NCBI RefSeq assembly: GCF_000155895.1
Contig: NZ_DS995298.1
Location: forward strand, 1,424,889 to 1,456,888
Length of the DNA stretch: 32,000 bases
Origin: Candidatus Pelagibacter sp. HTCC7211
GTDB taxonomy: Bacteria; Pseudomonadota; Alphaproteobacteria; Pelagibacterales; Pelagibacteraceae
Direction: 5' to 3'
Shown here piece after piece: positions 25,827 to 32,000 of the stretch. The translations under genes were made by a program, and so were the position numbers. The notes below the pieces were generated by a model. It was given only the letters and a program-made list of their open reading frames with translations. It was not told where the DNA came from and made no database searches. How positions within the stretch are numbered: position 1 is the first letter of the stretch; every line of letters begins with the position of its first letter.

Positions 25827-26494
25827 TACTTTTTCTTTATTATAAACTTACCTTTAACAAATTGATTGTTTAATGACACATCAGTTAATTCAATTTTTTT
25901 ATTCCCAAGCTTATAGAAAGCTTTAGGATAATTACTTGCATCTAACATTCTAATAAAATCAAAAATATCAACTAACTTTTTATTGATAACATAAGATAAG
26001 TTACTTTGATATGAATTTCTTCTATAATAAAATGAGGATTTACCAGTTTGTTTTTTGAATGAAATTTTTTTTTTTTTAGAGAGTTTTAGAATCATTCCAA
26101 GAGATTTTTTTTCAATATTTTTATAAATATTTTCTGCTTTTCCAGTTAATGAAATATTTGATTTCATACAGATATCTCCACTATCAATTTTATTATTTAT
26201 TTTAAATGCTGAAATTTTTGTTTTGTATATTTTTTTTAAAATTTGATTTTGAATTGGAGAGCCCCCTTTAAATTTTGGTAAATCTGATGAATGAAATTGG
26301 ATACATAAAAAATTTGAAAAAACTTTTTTTGGTATAATTTTAGACCAAAATATAAAAAAAATTATTCTAGGATTAACTTGATTAATCTTTTTCAAATTAA
26401 TATTATCTAATAAAATAAACTCTTTATTATTCTTTAAGAGATTATAATTAGAATTATCCCATTTTTTTTTAGAAATTATAATAATTTGACTCAT
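25826..26494 (-). CDS. Formyltransferase-domain protein (Fmt/PurN N-terminal domain type) lacking the tRNA-binding C-terminal domain
   Basis: HSSDLPKFKGGSPIQNQIL corresponds to the HxSLLPxxRG formyltransferase motif. The track start at 26539 is a GTG that overlaps the upstream gene by 35 nt. The ATG at 26494 (MSQIIIISKKKW) is preferred. Confidence 0.7.
   Translation of the reverse strand: MSQIIIISKKKWDNSNYNLLKNNKEFILLDNINLKKINQVNPRIIFFIFWSKIIPKKVFSNFLCIQFHSSDLPKFKGGSPIQNQILKKIYKTKISAFKINNKIDSGDICMKSNISLTGKAENIYKNIEKKSLGMILKLSKKKKISFKKQTGKSSFYYRRNSYQSNLSYVINKKLVDIFDFIRMLDASNYPKAFYKLGNKKIELTDVSLNNQFVKGKFIIKKK
26065..26077. repeat. T13 (A13 on the coding strand) homopolymer inside the formyltransferase gene
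   Basis: Counted by hand. It encodes the KKKK of LSKKKKISF. It is one of at least twelve A/T runs of 11 nt or more in the window. Confidence 0.9.
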
Positions 26495-26504
26495 TAAATA
26501 TATC

Positions 26505-27173
26505 TTAAGACAATTTTTTAAAAATAAAAAATGACTCACACATTTTTAGACCTACTGAATTTCCTCTAAATTTATAAAATGTTTTCAATGAATTTAAATC
26601 TCTACTTGTTTTTTGATCTTTTATTTCACTGCCATATGCTAGTAATGCTCTTTTTTTTATCTCCCAATATTTAGATATTTCAATGAAATAGTTAGGTGAA
26701 AACTGGTGTGGAGAATAATCTGTTGATGAGGGCACTTCAAAAAATAGAATTTCTTTACATTTTTCATTTTTTAGTGGTCTAAAGGCAGTAATTGTTGCCA
26801 TAGAAACTGCATTATGATCAACATTTAAATCTTTAAAATAGTGAGTGTATACAATGTCTGGTTTAATTTTGGATTTGGCTTTTTCAATAACTTTAATTAA
26901 ATCAAGCAGAGGATACTTATCTAATTTATTATCTTCAAATATTTGATTATTTTCTACCCACTTAAAGTTAAGAATTTTTGAAGCTTTAATTGAGGAATTT
27001 TGTCTTATTTTCAAATTTTTTTTATTCATAAATCCTCTAGCTGAAACACCATCCGTGAAAGATAAACAAAATACTTGATCACCTTTAAGATAATGTTGAT
27101 AAATTGTACCACCACAACCGATCGTCTCATCATCTTGATGTGCAACAATAACTAAAACTTTTTTTTTACTCAT
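26505..27173 (-). CDS. PIG-L/LmbE-family N-deacetylase
   Basis: 222 aa. VLVIVAHQDDETIGCGGTI (AHPDDE-type motif) and a downstream NVDHNAV histidine motif. An ATGA overlap (27170..27173) links it to the upstream amidotransferase gene. Confidence 0.85.
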   Translation of the reverse strand: MSKKKVLVIVAHQDDETIGCGGTIYQHYLKGDQVFCLSFTDGVSARGFMNKKNLKIRQNSSIKASKILNFKWVENNQIFEDNKLDKYPLLDLIKVIEKAKSKIKPDIVYTHYFKDLNVDHNAVSMATITAFRPLKNEKCKEILFFEVPSSTDYSPHQFSPNYFIEISKYWEIKKRALLAYGSEIKDQKTSRDLNSLKTFYKFRGNSVGLKMCESFFIFKKLS

Positions 27174-27775
27174 TGGTTTAGATTAAACATTTTTCTTGCA
27201 ATTTGTATCAGTTTTTTGTCAAATTTTTTTTCTCTTTCTGGATGCCACATCCATCCAAGCCAATTATATTTTTTATGCTTTATTGCTTCAATTTGATTAT
27301 CTTCAGAGTAAGCTATTATTTCAAAATTTCTTCCTAATTTTTTTATGCCATATTCGTGAAAACTATTAACTTTTAACGGGTAATCAAAATTACTTTTTAT
27401 TTTATGATATACTCTTACATGATTATTTATTTTTTTTAAAGATCCTCCCTCAACATAATTAATAAACTGTAAACCATGGCATATCCCAAGAAGAGGTATT
27501 TTTTTCTTTTTAGAAATATTTGTAAGTCGTTTTTCAACTTTATATCTCAATGAATTTTTATTAATATCATTACCGCCGCTTATTATTATTCCATTAATTC
27601 TAAGTGATCTTTGGCGTAAAAAAAAATTTAAAGTTTTTAAATCTGAAATTAAAAGTGGTTTAAAGCCCAAGGATAAAACCCAATCAATTAGTTTAGTATC
27701 TATACAAATTCTTAACTCTTTTTTATTGTAAAAATAATCTTCACGCATTGATACCAAGAGAAAATTATTTTTCAT
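27170..27775 (-). CDS. Class I glutamine amidotransferase/peptidase C26 (gamma-glutamyl hydrolase type); candidate gamma-glutamyl-CDP-amidate hydrolase (Cj1417-like)
   Basis: 201 aa. IPLLGICHGLQFIN nucleophile elbow and WMWHPERE His/Glu motif. Confidence 0.75.
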   Translation of the reverse strand: MKNNFLLVSMREDYFYNKKELRICIDTKLIDWVLSLGFKPLLISDLKTLNFFLRQRSLRINGIIISGGNDINKNSLRYKVEKRLTNISKKKKIPLLGICHGLQFINYVEGGSLKKINNHVRVYHKIKSNFDYPLKVNSFHEYGIKKLGRNFEIIAYSEDNQIEAIKHKKYNWLGWMWHPEREKKFDKKLIQIARKMFNLNQ

Positions 27776-27778
27776 ATT

Positions 27779-30115
27779 TTAGAGTTCTTTAATTAATAAA
27801 TTTTTACAATTAAGATTAATCTTTTTTGATCTTTTAATCTTTTCAAAAATAGCTTCCCCACATCCTATAGCTGCTGGGATATTTAATTCATTACATCTAA
27901 TGGTCATGTGTGAATTTGCTCCTCCATATTTAGTTATTAAACCATTGATTTTAAAACTAAAAATAAAATCAAAACCTGGATCAGCATTTTCCAATAGTAT
28001 TATTTTATTATCTAAATTATTTTCTATTTTATTGTCTAAAAATAATATTTTTCCAGTTATATTTTTTTCAGTAACAAAATTAGGTATACTTACAACAGAT
28101 GCACCCACATAAGCATTTTTATCTTCCACAATGATTTCAGGTAATTTAATTATTTTATTTAATTCTGACTCTTTTGTGTTCTTTTCTATCTTATCTTTAA
28201 TAATTGTTTTTGGAGAATTAGATAAATTCATCAATTGATCTATTGTAAGGTTTTCGATTTCTTTAGTTTTAACTTTTTGATATTTTGCAAAATTGGTTAT
28301 TTTTTCTAAAATTATATTAATACTCTTCGTAAAAATAAATTTTGCATATTCTCTGGATTTGATAGAGGCCTCGATATATTCAAATAACTGAGCTACATTC
28401 AAATTGATCATTTTTTTATTTAGCAATTTCTGAATTTTTTTTTTTTTATTATTTGATAAATTAAATTTTGCATGTTTTATGATATGAGTGACATCATCAT
28501 TAATTAAAATTTTTTTACTCATTTTAGAGTAATTATTAGATTTAATATCGTAAGTTCCAGCTCGTAAATGACCATATTTATTTAAAAAACCTTTATATGA
28601 TAGTTGTTTATTCTTTAACAAAACTTGATCATTTAAAAAGTCTGTAGTCACTGTTGAGAAAGACCTTAAAAAATTTTCAACATCTATCTCGCTTAAGATT
28701 TTAATTTCTTTCAAAGAAATTAATATATCTTTGGCAACAAAACCATGTCTTGCTAAAATTGAAAAAGGTATAATTCCATATTTTTTAAGATCTTTAATAA
28801 TTCCTTTAATCGATAAAACATTAAATTTTTTATCATAATTTTTTTCTTTTTGTTTTTTATTTAAAATTTCAATTTTTTTTAGATTATATTTTATACTACC
28901 ATGATTTTTATTTTTTAAATTGATTAGAAATATTTTAAGTAATTTATTCTCTATATCATGATGATTTTTTTTATACCCCAAATTTTTTAACTTTTTTTTT
29001 ATTTGAAATGAAAAACATGTTGGAAAAAGATCAAATTCAATTTTATCATGTGACGAAGGATGAACTTTTAATTTTAATATACTTTTATCAATTAGTTCTT
29101 GAGAAATATTTTTATTCAAATCTTTTGGCAATAAAGAATTTAAACTTTTACGAATATCAATATAAGGCCTACCAGCAAAACTTTTCATTAAAGAACTATC
29201 TTTAAAAAACTTATAGCCCATTTTTTTTCTTGCAATTAACCAGCATCTATCTGTAATTAATTTAGAATAAAGGCTATAACTTAATTTGGAAGGAAATTGT
29301 CCAATCATTTCAGCAGGATTCCAATCTGACATTTGGCTGAACATAGTTGTTTTGCCATTTAACACAGGCACATTTTTTTTTTTAAAAAATTTCTTAATTT
29401 TATAATATTCAAGTTCTAATTTTTTATTAATATCTTTTTTTGTAAATCTTTTTGATAAATTTTTTTTTAAAACTATTGGTCTAACCTGAAACAAATATAA
29501 TTGATTTTTTTTTGTCATACAAAATTCTATGTCCAGAGGAGTATTAAAACAATTTTCAACTTCTTTAGTTGCGCTTATCAATTCTTTAAATCTAGGTGAT
29601 CTTAAAAAATTTTTTTTATCTTTATATATATAAAGTGTCTTATTTGAGTAAGCTGTATTTCCCGAGGTTACTGTATCTGTTCTACCAGTTACATCATCAT
29701 AATTTATTGTATAATAATTCTCATAGCCAAGGTTATTTCCTGTAAAAATTACACCACTCATTTTAATGTTTTGAATCATTTCTTGTACTAAAATTTGTTG
29801 TTCAGAAATTTTTTTAATTTTTTTTTTATAACTTTTGATAACTTTATTTATAGATTTTGTTATTTCCTGATCATTTTTTGCATTAATATTTAATACAGAG
29901 TCAAAAGCCCCAGCAGCTGACTGTTTATTTGTGTCTTCAAAAGTAGTTGATGATCTAAATATTATTTTTTTTTTAAATTTTGTTTTAATAGTATTTATTA
30001 TATTTTGTTTGTGATCAATCCATTCAGAGATATTAAAAATTACAGACTTAGGTGTTAAAAATAATTCAATTTTATTTTCTAGTGTTTTTAGTGTATTGCC
30101 TTTTGTTTCAAGCAT
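27779..30115 (-). CDS. PEP-utilising-enzyme-family kinase (ATP-grasp/PPDK-N type N-terminus plus C-terminal swivel phosphohistidine domain); candidate L-glutamine kinase (Cj1418-like)
   Basis: 778 aa. C-terminal YGGANSHMTIRCNELNIPAAIGCG mobile-domain motif with His736 (codon 27910..27908). The N-terminal part resembles the PEP/pyruvate-binding nucleotide domain. ATG at 30115 verified. Confidence 0.7.
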   Translation of the reverse strand: MLETKGNTLKTLENKIELFLTPKSVIFNISEWIDHKQNIINTIKTKFKKKIIFRSSTTFEDTNKQSAAGAFDSVLNINAKNDQEITKSINKVIKSYKKKIKKISEQQILVQEMIQNIKMSGVIFTGNNLGYENYYTINYDDVTGRTDTVTSGNTAYSNKTLYIYKDKKNFLRSPRFKELISATKEVENCFNTPLDIEFCMTKKNQLYLFQVRPIVLKKNLSKRFTKKDINKKLELEYYKIKKFFKKKNVPVLNGKTTMFSQMSDWNPAEMIGQFPSKLSYSLYSKLITDRCWLIARKKMGYKFFKDSSLMKSFAGRPYIDIRKSLNSLLPKDLNKNISQELIDKSILKLKVHPSSHDKIEFDLFPTCFSFQIKKKLKNLGYKKNHHDIENKLLKIFLINLKNKNHGSIKYNLKKIEILNKKQKEKNYDKKFNVLSIKGIIKDLKKYGIIPFSILARHGFVAKDILISLKEIKILSEIDVENFLRSFSTVTTDFLNDQVLLKNKQLSYKGFLNKYGHLRAGTYDIKSNNYSKMSKKILINDDVTHIIKHAKFNLSNNKKKKIQKLLNKKMINLNVAQLFEYIEASIKSREYAKFIFTKSINIILEKITNFAKYQKVKTKEIENLTIDQLMNLSNSPKTIIKDKIEKNTKESELNKIIKLPEIIVEDKNAYVGASVVSIPNFVTEKNITGKILFLDNKIENNLDNKIILLENADPGFDFIFSFKINGLITKYGGANSHMTIRCNELNIPAAIGCGEAIFEKIKRSKKINLNCKNLLIKEL
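28435..28447. repeat. T13 (A13 on the coding strand) homopolymer inside the Cj1418-like kinase gene
   Basis: Counted by hand. It encodes the KKKK of NNKKKKIQK. Confidence 0.9.
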
Positions 30116-31295
30116 AATTTAATTCTTCTTGTATTTTTTTTGTTACCACTCTATTTCCATAAGCTGTCAAATGACCTCCATGTTCTTCATCGAGATAAAT
30201 TTTTTTTATATTTTTTTTAGATAAAAAATTTGTCAAATCTATTATCTTTATATCTTTAATTGAATTGAAAAAACTGCAATAATAATTTTTTTTTTTTCTA
30301 TAAAGCTCAATATCTCTTCTTTGAGGAAATATTATAATTATAGGAACTGAATTCTTTTTTCTTGAAATATTTTTAAATCTTTTAATTAACAAACTAAATA
30401 ACTTTATACTTTTTTTATCTGTATAAAGTCTGTTTGCGCTCTCAATATTATTTGAATAATAAAGGGGAAAAAGATATTTTTTCTTATCTTTATGTTTACT
30501 AAACAAAAATAAAAAAAAATTTATAAATAATTTACAATTAAAATTAAAATTTCTAAAAAAAGATAAAAGGTATGGCTTACGAAACTGAAATTTTTTAAAC
30601 TTTTTTTTATAAAAAATATCATTCTTTGATACAGTCTCTATTATTTTAATAATCTTATTTTTATGAAAATCTTTTTTTTTTGATATTGGATTTTTCCTTA
30701 ATTTTAATTTTTCACCATTTAGAAAAAAACTAGGTTTAAAACCATAAATATTACCAAATTCTAAGTAATTTTTCCAAGTTGAATGTATTCTGTTAATAGT
30801 TTCTGGAACCACCCCAATAATAGTAAAAATTGAATTTCTATGTTTATTTTTTTCATATCTTAGAAGAGCTTGGTCAAATCCAAAGTTTCCAACTCCATAA
30901 TTTATAATATGAGAATTCATTTTTTTTGATAAAATTTCTGTCCACACTTGATCATCTTTAACATAACGACCAAAAACGAAGGAGTCCCCATAAGCTTCTA
31001 TTTTTTTTTTTAAATGAGTAAATTTAGATTTTCTAGCTCCCGATGTATCAATTGAAAATTTTGTCTTTTTTTTTAGTTTATCGTGATAATCAGTAATATT
31101 AGGTCTTTTTAGCCAGCCAAAACTTTTATTATAACTTGATTTAAAAAAATTATTTACATTCTCTTTTTTAAAATCTGGATATTCTTCATTTTCAGTTATT
31201 AGCCACTGAAAGTTTTTTTTATTATGATGAACTATAAAAATTAAAAATATTTCTAAAAATAGAATAAAAAAAACGCAATATAATATATTAATCAT
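30108..31295 (-). CDS. Membrane-anchored SGNH/GDSL-like hydrolase or acyltransferase
   Basis: 395 aa. N-terminal TM helix (ILYCVFFILFLEIFLIFIV), block I AYGDSFVFG, a Gly/Asn block NYGVGNFGFDQ, and block V-like LDEEHGGHLTAYGNRVV. 8-nt overlaps occur at both ends. Confidence 0.5.
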   Translation of the reverse strand: MINILYCVFFILFLEIFLIFIVHHNKKNFQWLITENEEYPDFKKENVNNFFKSSYNKSFGWLKRPNITDYHDKLKKKTKFSIDTSGARKSKFTHLKKKIEAYGDSFVFGRYVKDDQVWTEILSKKMNSHIINYGVGNFGFDQALLRYEKNKHRNSIFTIIGVVPETINRIHSTWKNYLEFGNIYGFKPSFFLNGEKLKLRKNPISKKKDFHKNKIIKIIETVSKNDIFYKKKFKKFQFRKPYLLSFFRNFNFNCKLFINFFLFLFSKHKDKKKYLFPLYYSNNIESANRLYTDKKSIKLFSLLIKRFKNISRKKNSVPIIIIFPQRRDIELYRKKKNYYCSFFNSIKDIKIIDLTNFLSKKNIKKIYLDEEHGGHLTAYGNRVVTKKIQEELNYA

Positions 31296-31797
31296 TTTTT
31301 TTTATTAATTCTTTAATCAGTTTTAGATTATTATTTAAAGAATTTTCATCAAAACTGTTTACAATTTTTAAGTCTGAATTTTTTGGCCGTATAAACTCAA
31401 TATCAACTCCAACAACACTTTTGTTCTCTATGCCATCTTTAAAATATACATTCTTGTTGTTTCTCTCTTTTAAAATAGATATTGGTACATCTATATAAAT
31501 TTCATAATATTCTTTTATGTTTTTTCTATTCCATTCAAGCCAATCAGGAAATAAAGATAGCACTGAAACAATTACATTTACCTTATTTTGACTTAAGAAA
31601 TGTGCTAACTTTGAAATTCTTGATGCATTAATATTTCTGTCTTTAATTGAAAAGCCTAAATCATTATCAAAGACTTTTCTTATCACATCTCCATCTAAAA
31701 TTATAAATTCTCCATAATCATTGTTAAGTTCTTTTTTAAGTTTTGTGCTCAAAAAACTTTTTCCAGCACCAGATAAACCTAAAATCCAAATTACCAT
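31288..31797 (-). CDS. Adenylylsulfate-kinase-like P-loop kinase; candidate cytidine diphosphoramidate 3'-kinase (Cj1415-like)
   Basis: 169 aa. MVIWILGLSGAGKSFLS Walker A motif, with size and layout like stand-alone CysC. No cysD, cysN or cysH nearby. Confidence 0.75.
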   Translation of the reverse strand: MVIWILGLSGAGKSFLSTKLKKELNNDYGEFIILDGDVIRKVFDNDLGFSIKDRNINASRISKLAHFLSQNKVNVIVSVLSLFPDWLEWNRKNIKEYYEIYIDVPISILKERNNKNVYFKDGIENKSVVGVDIEFIRPKNSDLKIVNSFDENSLNNNLKLIKELIKKND

Positions 31798-31804
31798 AAT
31801 AAAA

Positions 31805-32000
31805 CTAATTGTTGTTATAAAATTTTTCTAATTTTAATAGTTTCTCAAATTTATTTTGACTAACTTTACTTTTAATTTTTTTTAATTTATCTACCCTTTC
31901 AAACCTATCTATAATTCGAGGTAAATTTTCTTTTTTCATAATTTTTTTTGTAAAAATCGTTTTATTTAAATCTAAAAATTTACATAATTTATTAATATGA
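31805..32000 (-). CDS. C-terminal 64 codons of an unidentified protein; the gene starts beyond the window end
   Basis: Hand translation of the minus strand is open from 32000 to a TAG at 31807..31805: ...HINKLCKFLDLNKTIFTKKIMKKENLPRIIDRFERVDKLKKIKSKVSQNKFEKLLKLEKFYNNN*. Only 7 nt precede the next start. No family assignment is possible. Confidence 0.4.
   Translation of the reverse strand, partial: HINKLCKFLDLNKTIFTKKIMKKENLPRIIDRFERVDKLKKIKSKVSQNKFEKLLKLEKFYNNN

Noticed and set aside
25826-26539. Reading the formyltransferase-domain protein as methionyl-tRNA formyltransferase, and accepting the longer GTG-initiated ORF.
   Set aside because: At about 222 to 237 aa it lacks the C-terminal tRNA-binding domain of Fmt and is embedded in sugar genes. 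The GTG start would overlap the upstream gene by 35 nt, whereas the ATG at 26494 leaves a 10-nt gap.
1377-29205. Eleven short ORFs from the six-frame track lie antisense to the long genes. They are 1377..1673+, 2336..2566+, 5394..5660+, 6716..6979+, 13180..13383+, 16191..16478+, 21866..22087-, 24355..24573-, 25133..25315+, 27900..28112+ and 29008..29205+.
   Set aside because: Each lies entirely, or almost entirely, inside a longer opposite-strand gene with clear family motifs. Their translations are low-complexity Phe/Leu/Ile/Lys strings typical of shadow ORFs in AT-rich DNA, and none shows a recognisable motif.
27779-30115. Reading the 778-aa PEP-utilising-family protein as PEP synthase, pyruvate phosphate dikinase or a rifampin phosphotransferase (resistance gene).
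   Set aside because: The swivel His domain is at the extreme C-terminus, with no following PEP/pyruvate TIM-barrel domain. The gene is also flanked by a C26 amidotransferase and sits near an APS-kinase-like gene and a nucleotidyltransferase, which fits the Cj1418 context better. Rifampin phosphotransferase-like architecture cannot be fully excluded without alignment.
31288-31797. Reading the APS-kinase-like protein as CysC of sulfate assimilation, or as evidence for a sulfated glycan.
   Set aside because: No cysD/cysN, PAPS reductase or sulfotransferase is visible in the window. Its co-occurrence with the other three Cj141x-like genes favours the CDP-amidate kinase reading. A PAPS or sulfation role remains a formal alternative.
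1-32000. Search for CRISPR repeats, tRNA or rRNA genes, insertion sequences, integrases, inverted terminal repeats, toxin-antitoxin pairs or known defence-system genes.
   Set aside because: I saw no spaced direct repeats, no GC-rich structured RNA-like segments, no transposase, recombinase or nuclease signatures, and no unexplained gap longer than 42 bp. Essentially every base is accounted for by glycan-biosynthesis ORFs. Subtle dispersed DNA repeats cannot be excluded by eye.

Overview
Extremely AT-rich, very tightly packed bacterial surface-glycan (O-antigen or capsule type) biosynthesis island. I support 33 protein-coding genes: 2 are cut by the window edges and 4 sit on the + strand. I saw no tRNA, rRNA, CRISPR array, transposase, integrase or recognisable defence genes. 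The layout has three parts. (1) A run of 21 co-oriented minus-strand genes spans 21610 down to 1. It covers initiation (CapD-like, phosphoglycosyl transferase, SDR), five glycosyltransferases and a Wzy-like polymerase. It also holds an MBOAT plus SGNH O-acylation pair, a NodU/CmcH carbamoyltransferase, and a CDP-hexose pathway with a C-methyltransferase and an aminotransferase. Two further methyltransferases, a 598-aa orphan ORF and a nucleotidyltransferase complete the run. (2) A plus-strand cassette at 21648..24784 carries WbuX-type N-acetyl-sugar amidotransferase, HisH-like, HisF-like and PseH-like GNAT genes. (3) A minus-strand block runs from 24786 to the window end. It holds a NeuB-family nonulosonic acid synthase, a formyltransferase and a PIG-L deacetylase. 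It continues with a C26 glutamine amidotransferase, a 778-aa PEP-utilising-type kinase, a membrane SGNH protein and an APS-kinase-like protein. The most interesting reading concerns four ORFs: 20849..21610, 27170..27775, 27779..30115 and 31288..31797. They match one-to-one the Campylobacter jejuni Cj1416, Cj1417, Cj1418 and Cj1415 enzymes that make the activated phosphoramidate donor for O-methyl phosphoramidate glycan decoration. Here they are split and interleaved with nonulosonic-acid and amidino-forming genes, in a genome whose composition and packing recall streamlined marine lineages such as the SAR11 hypervariable region. That taxonomic guess cannot be verified from the sequence alone. 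All functional calls rest on motif-level reading of the supplied translations, and no database search was possible.
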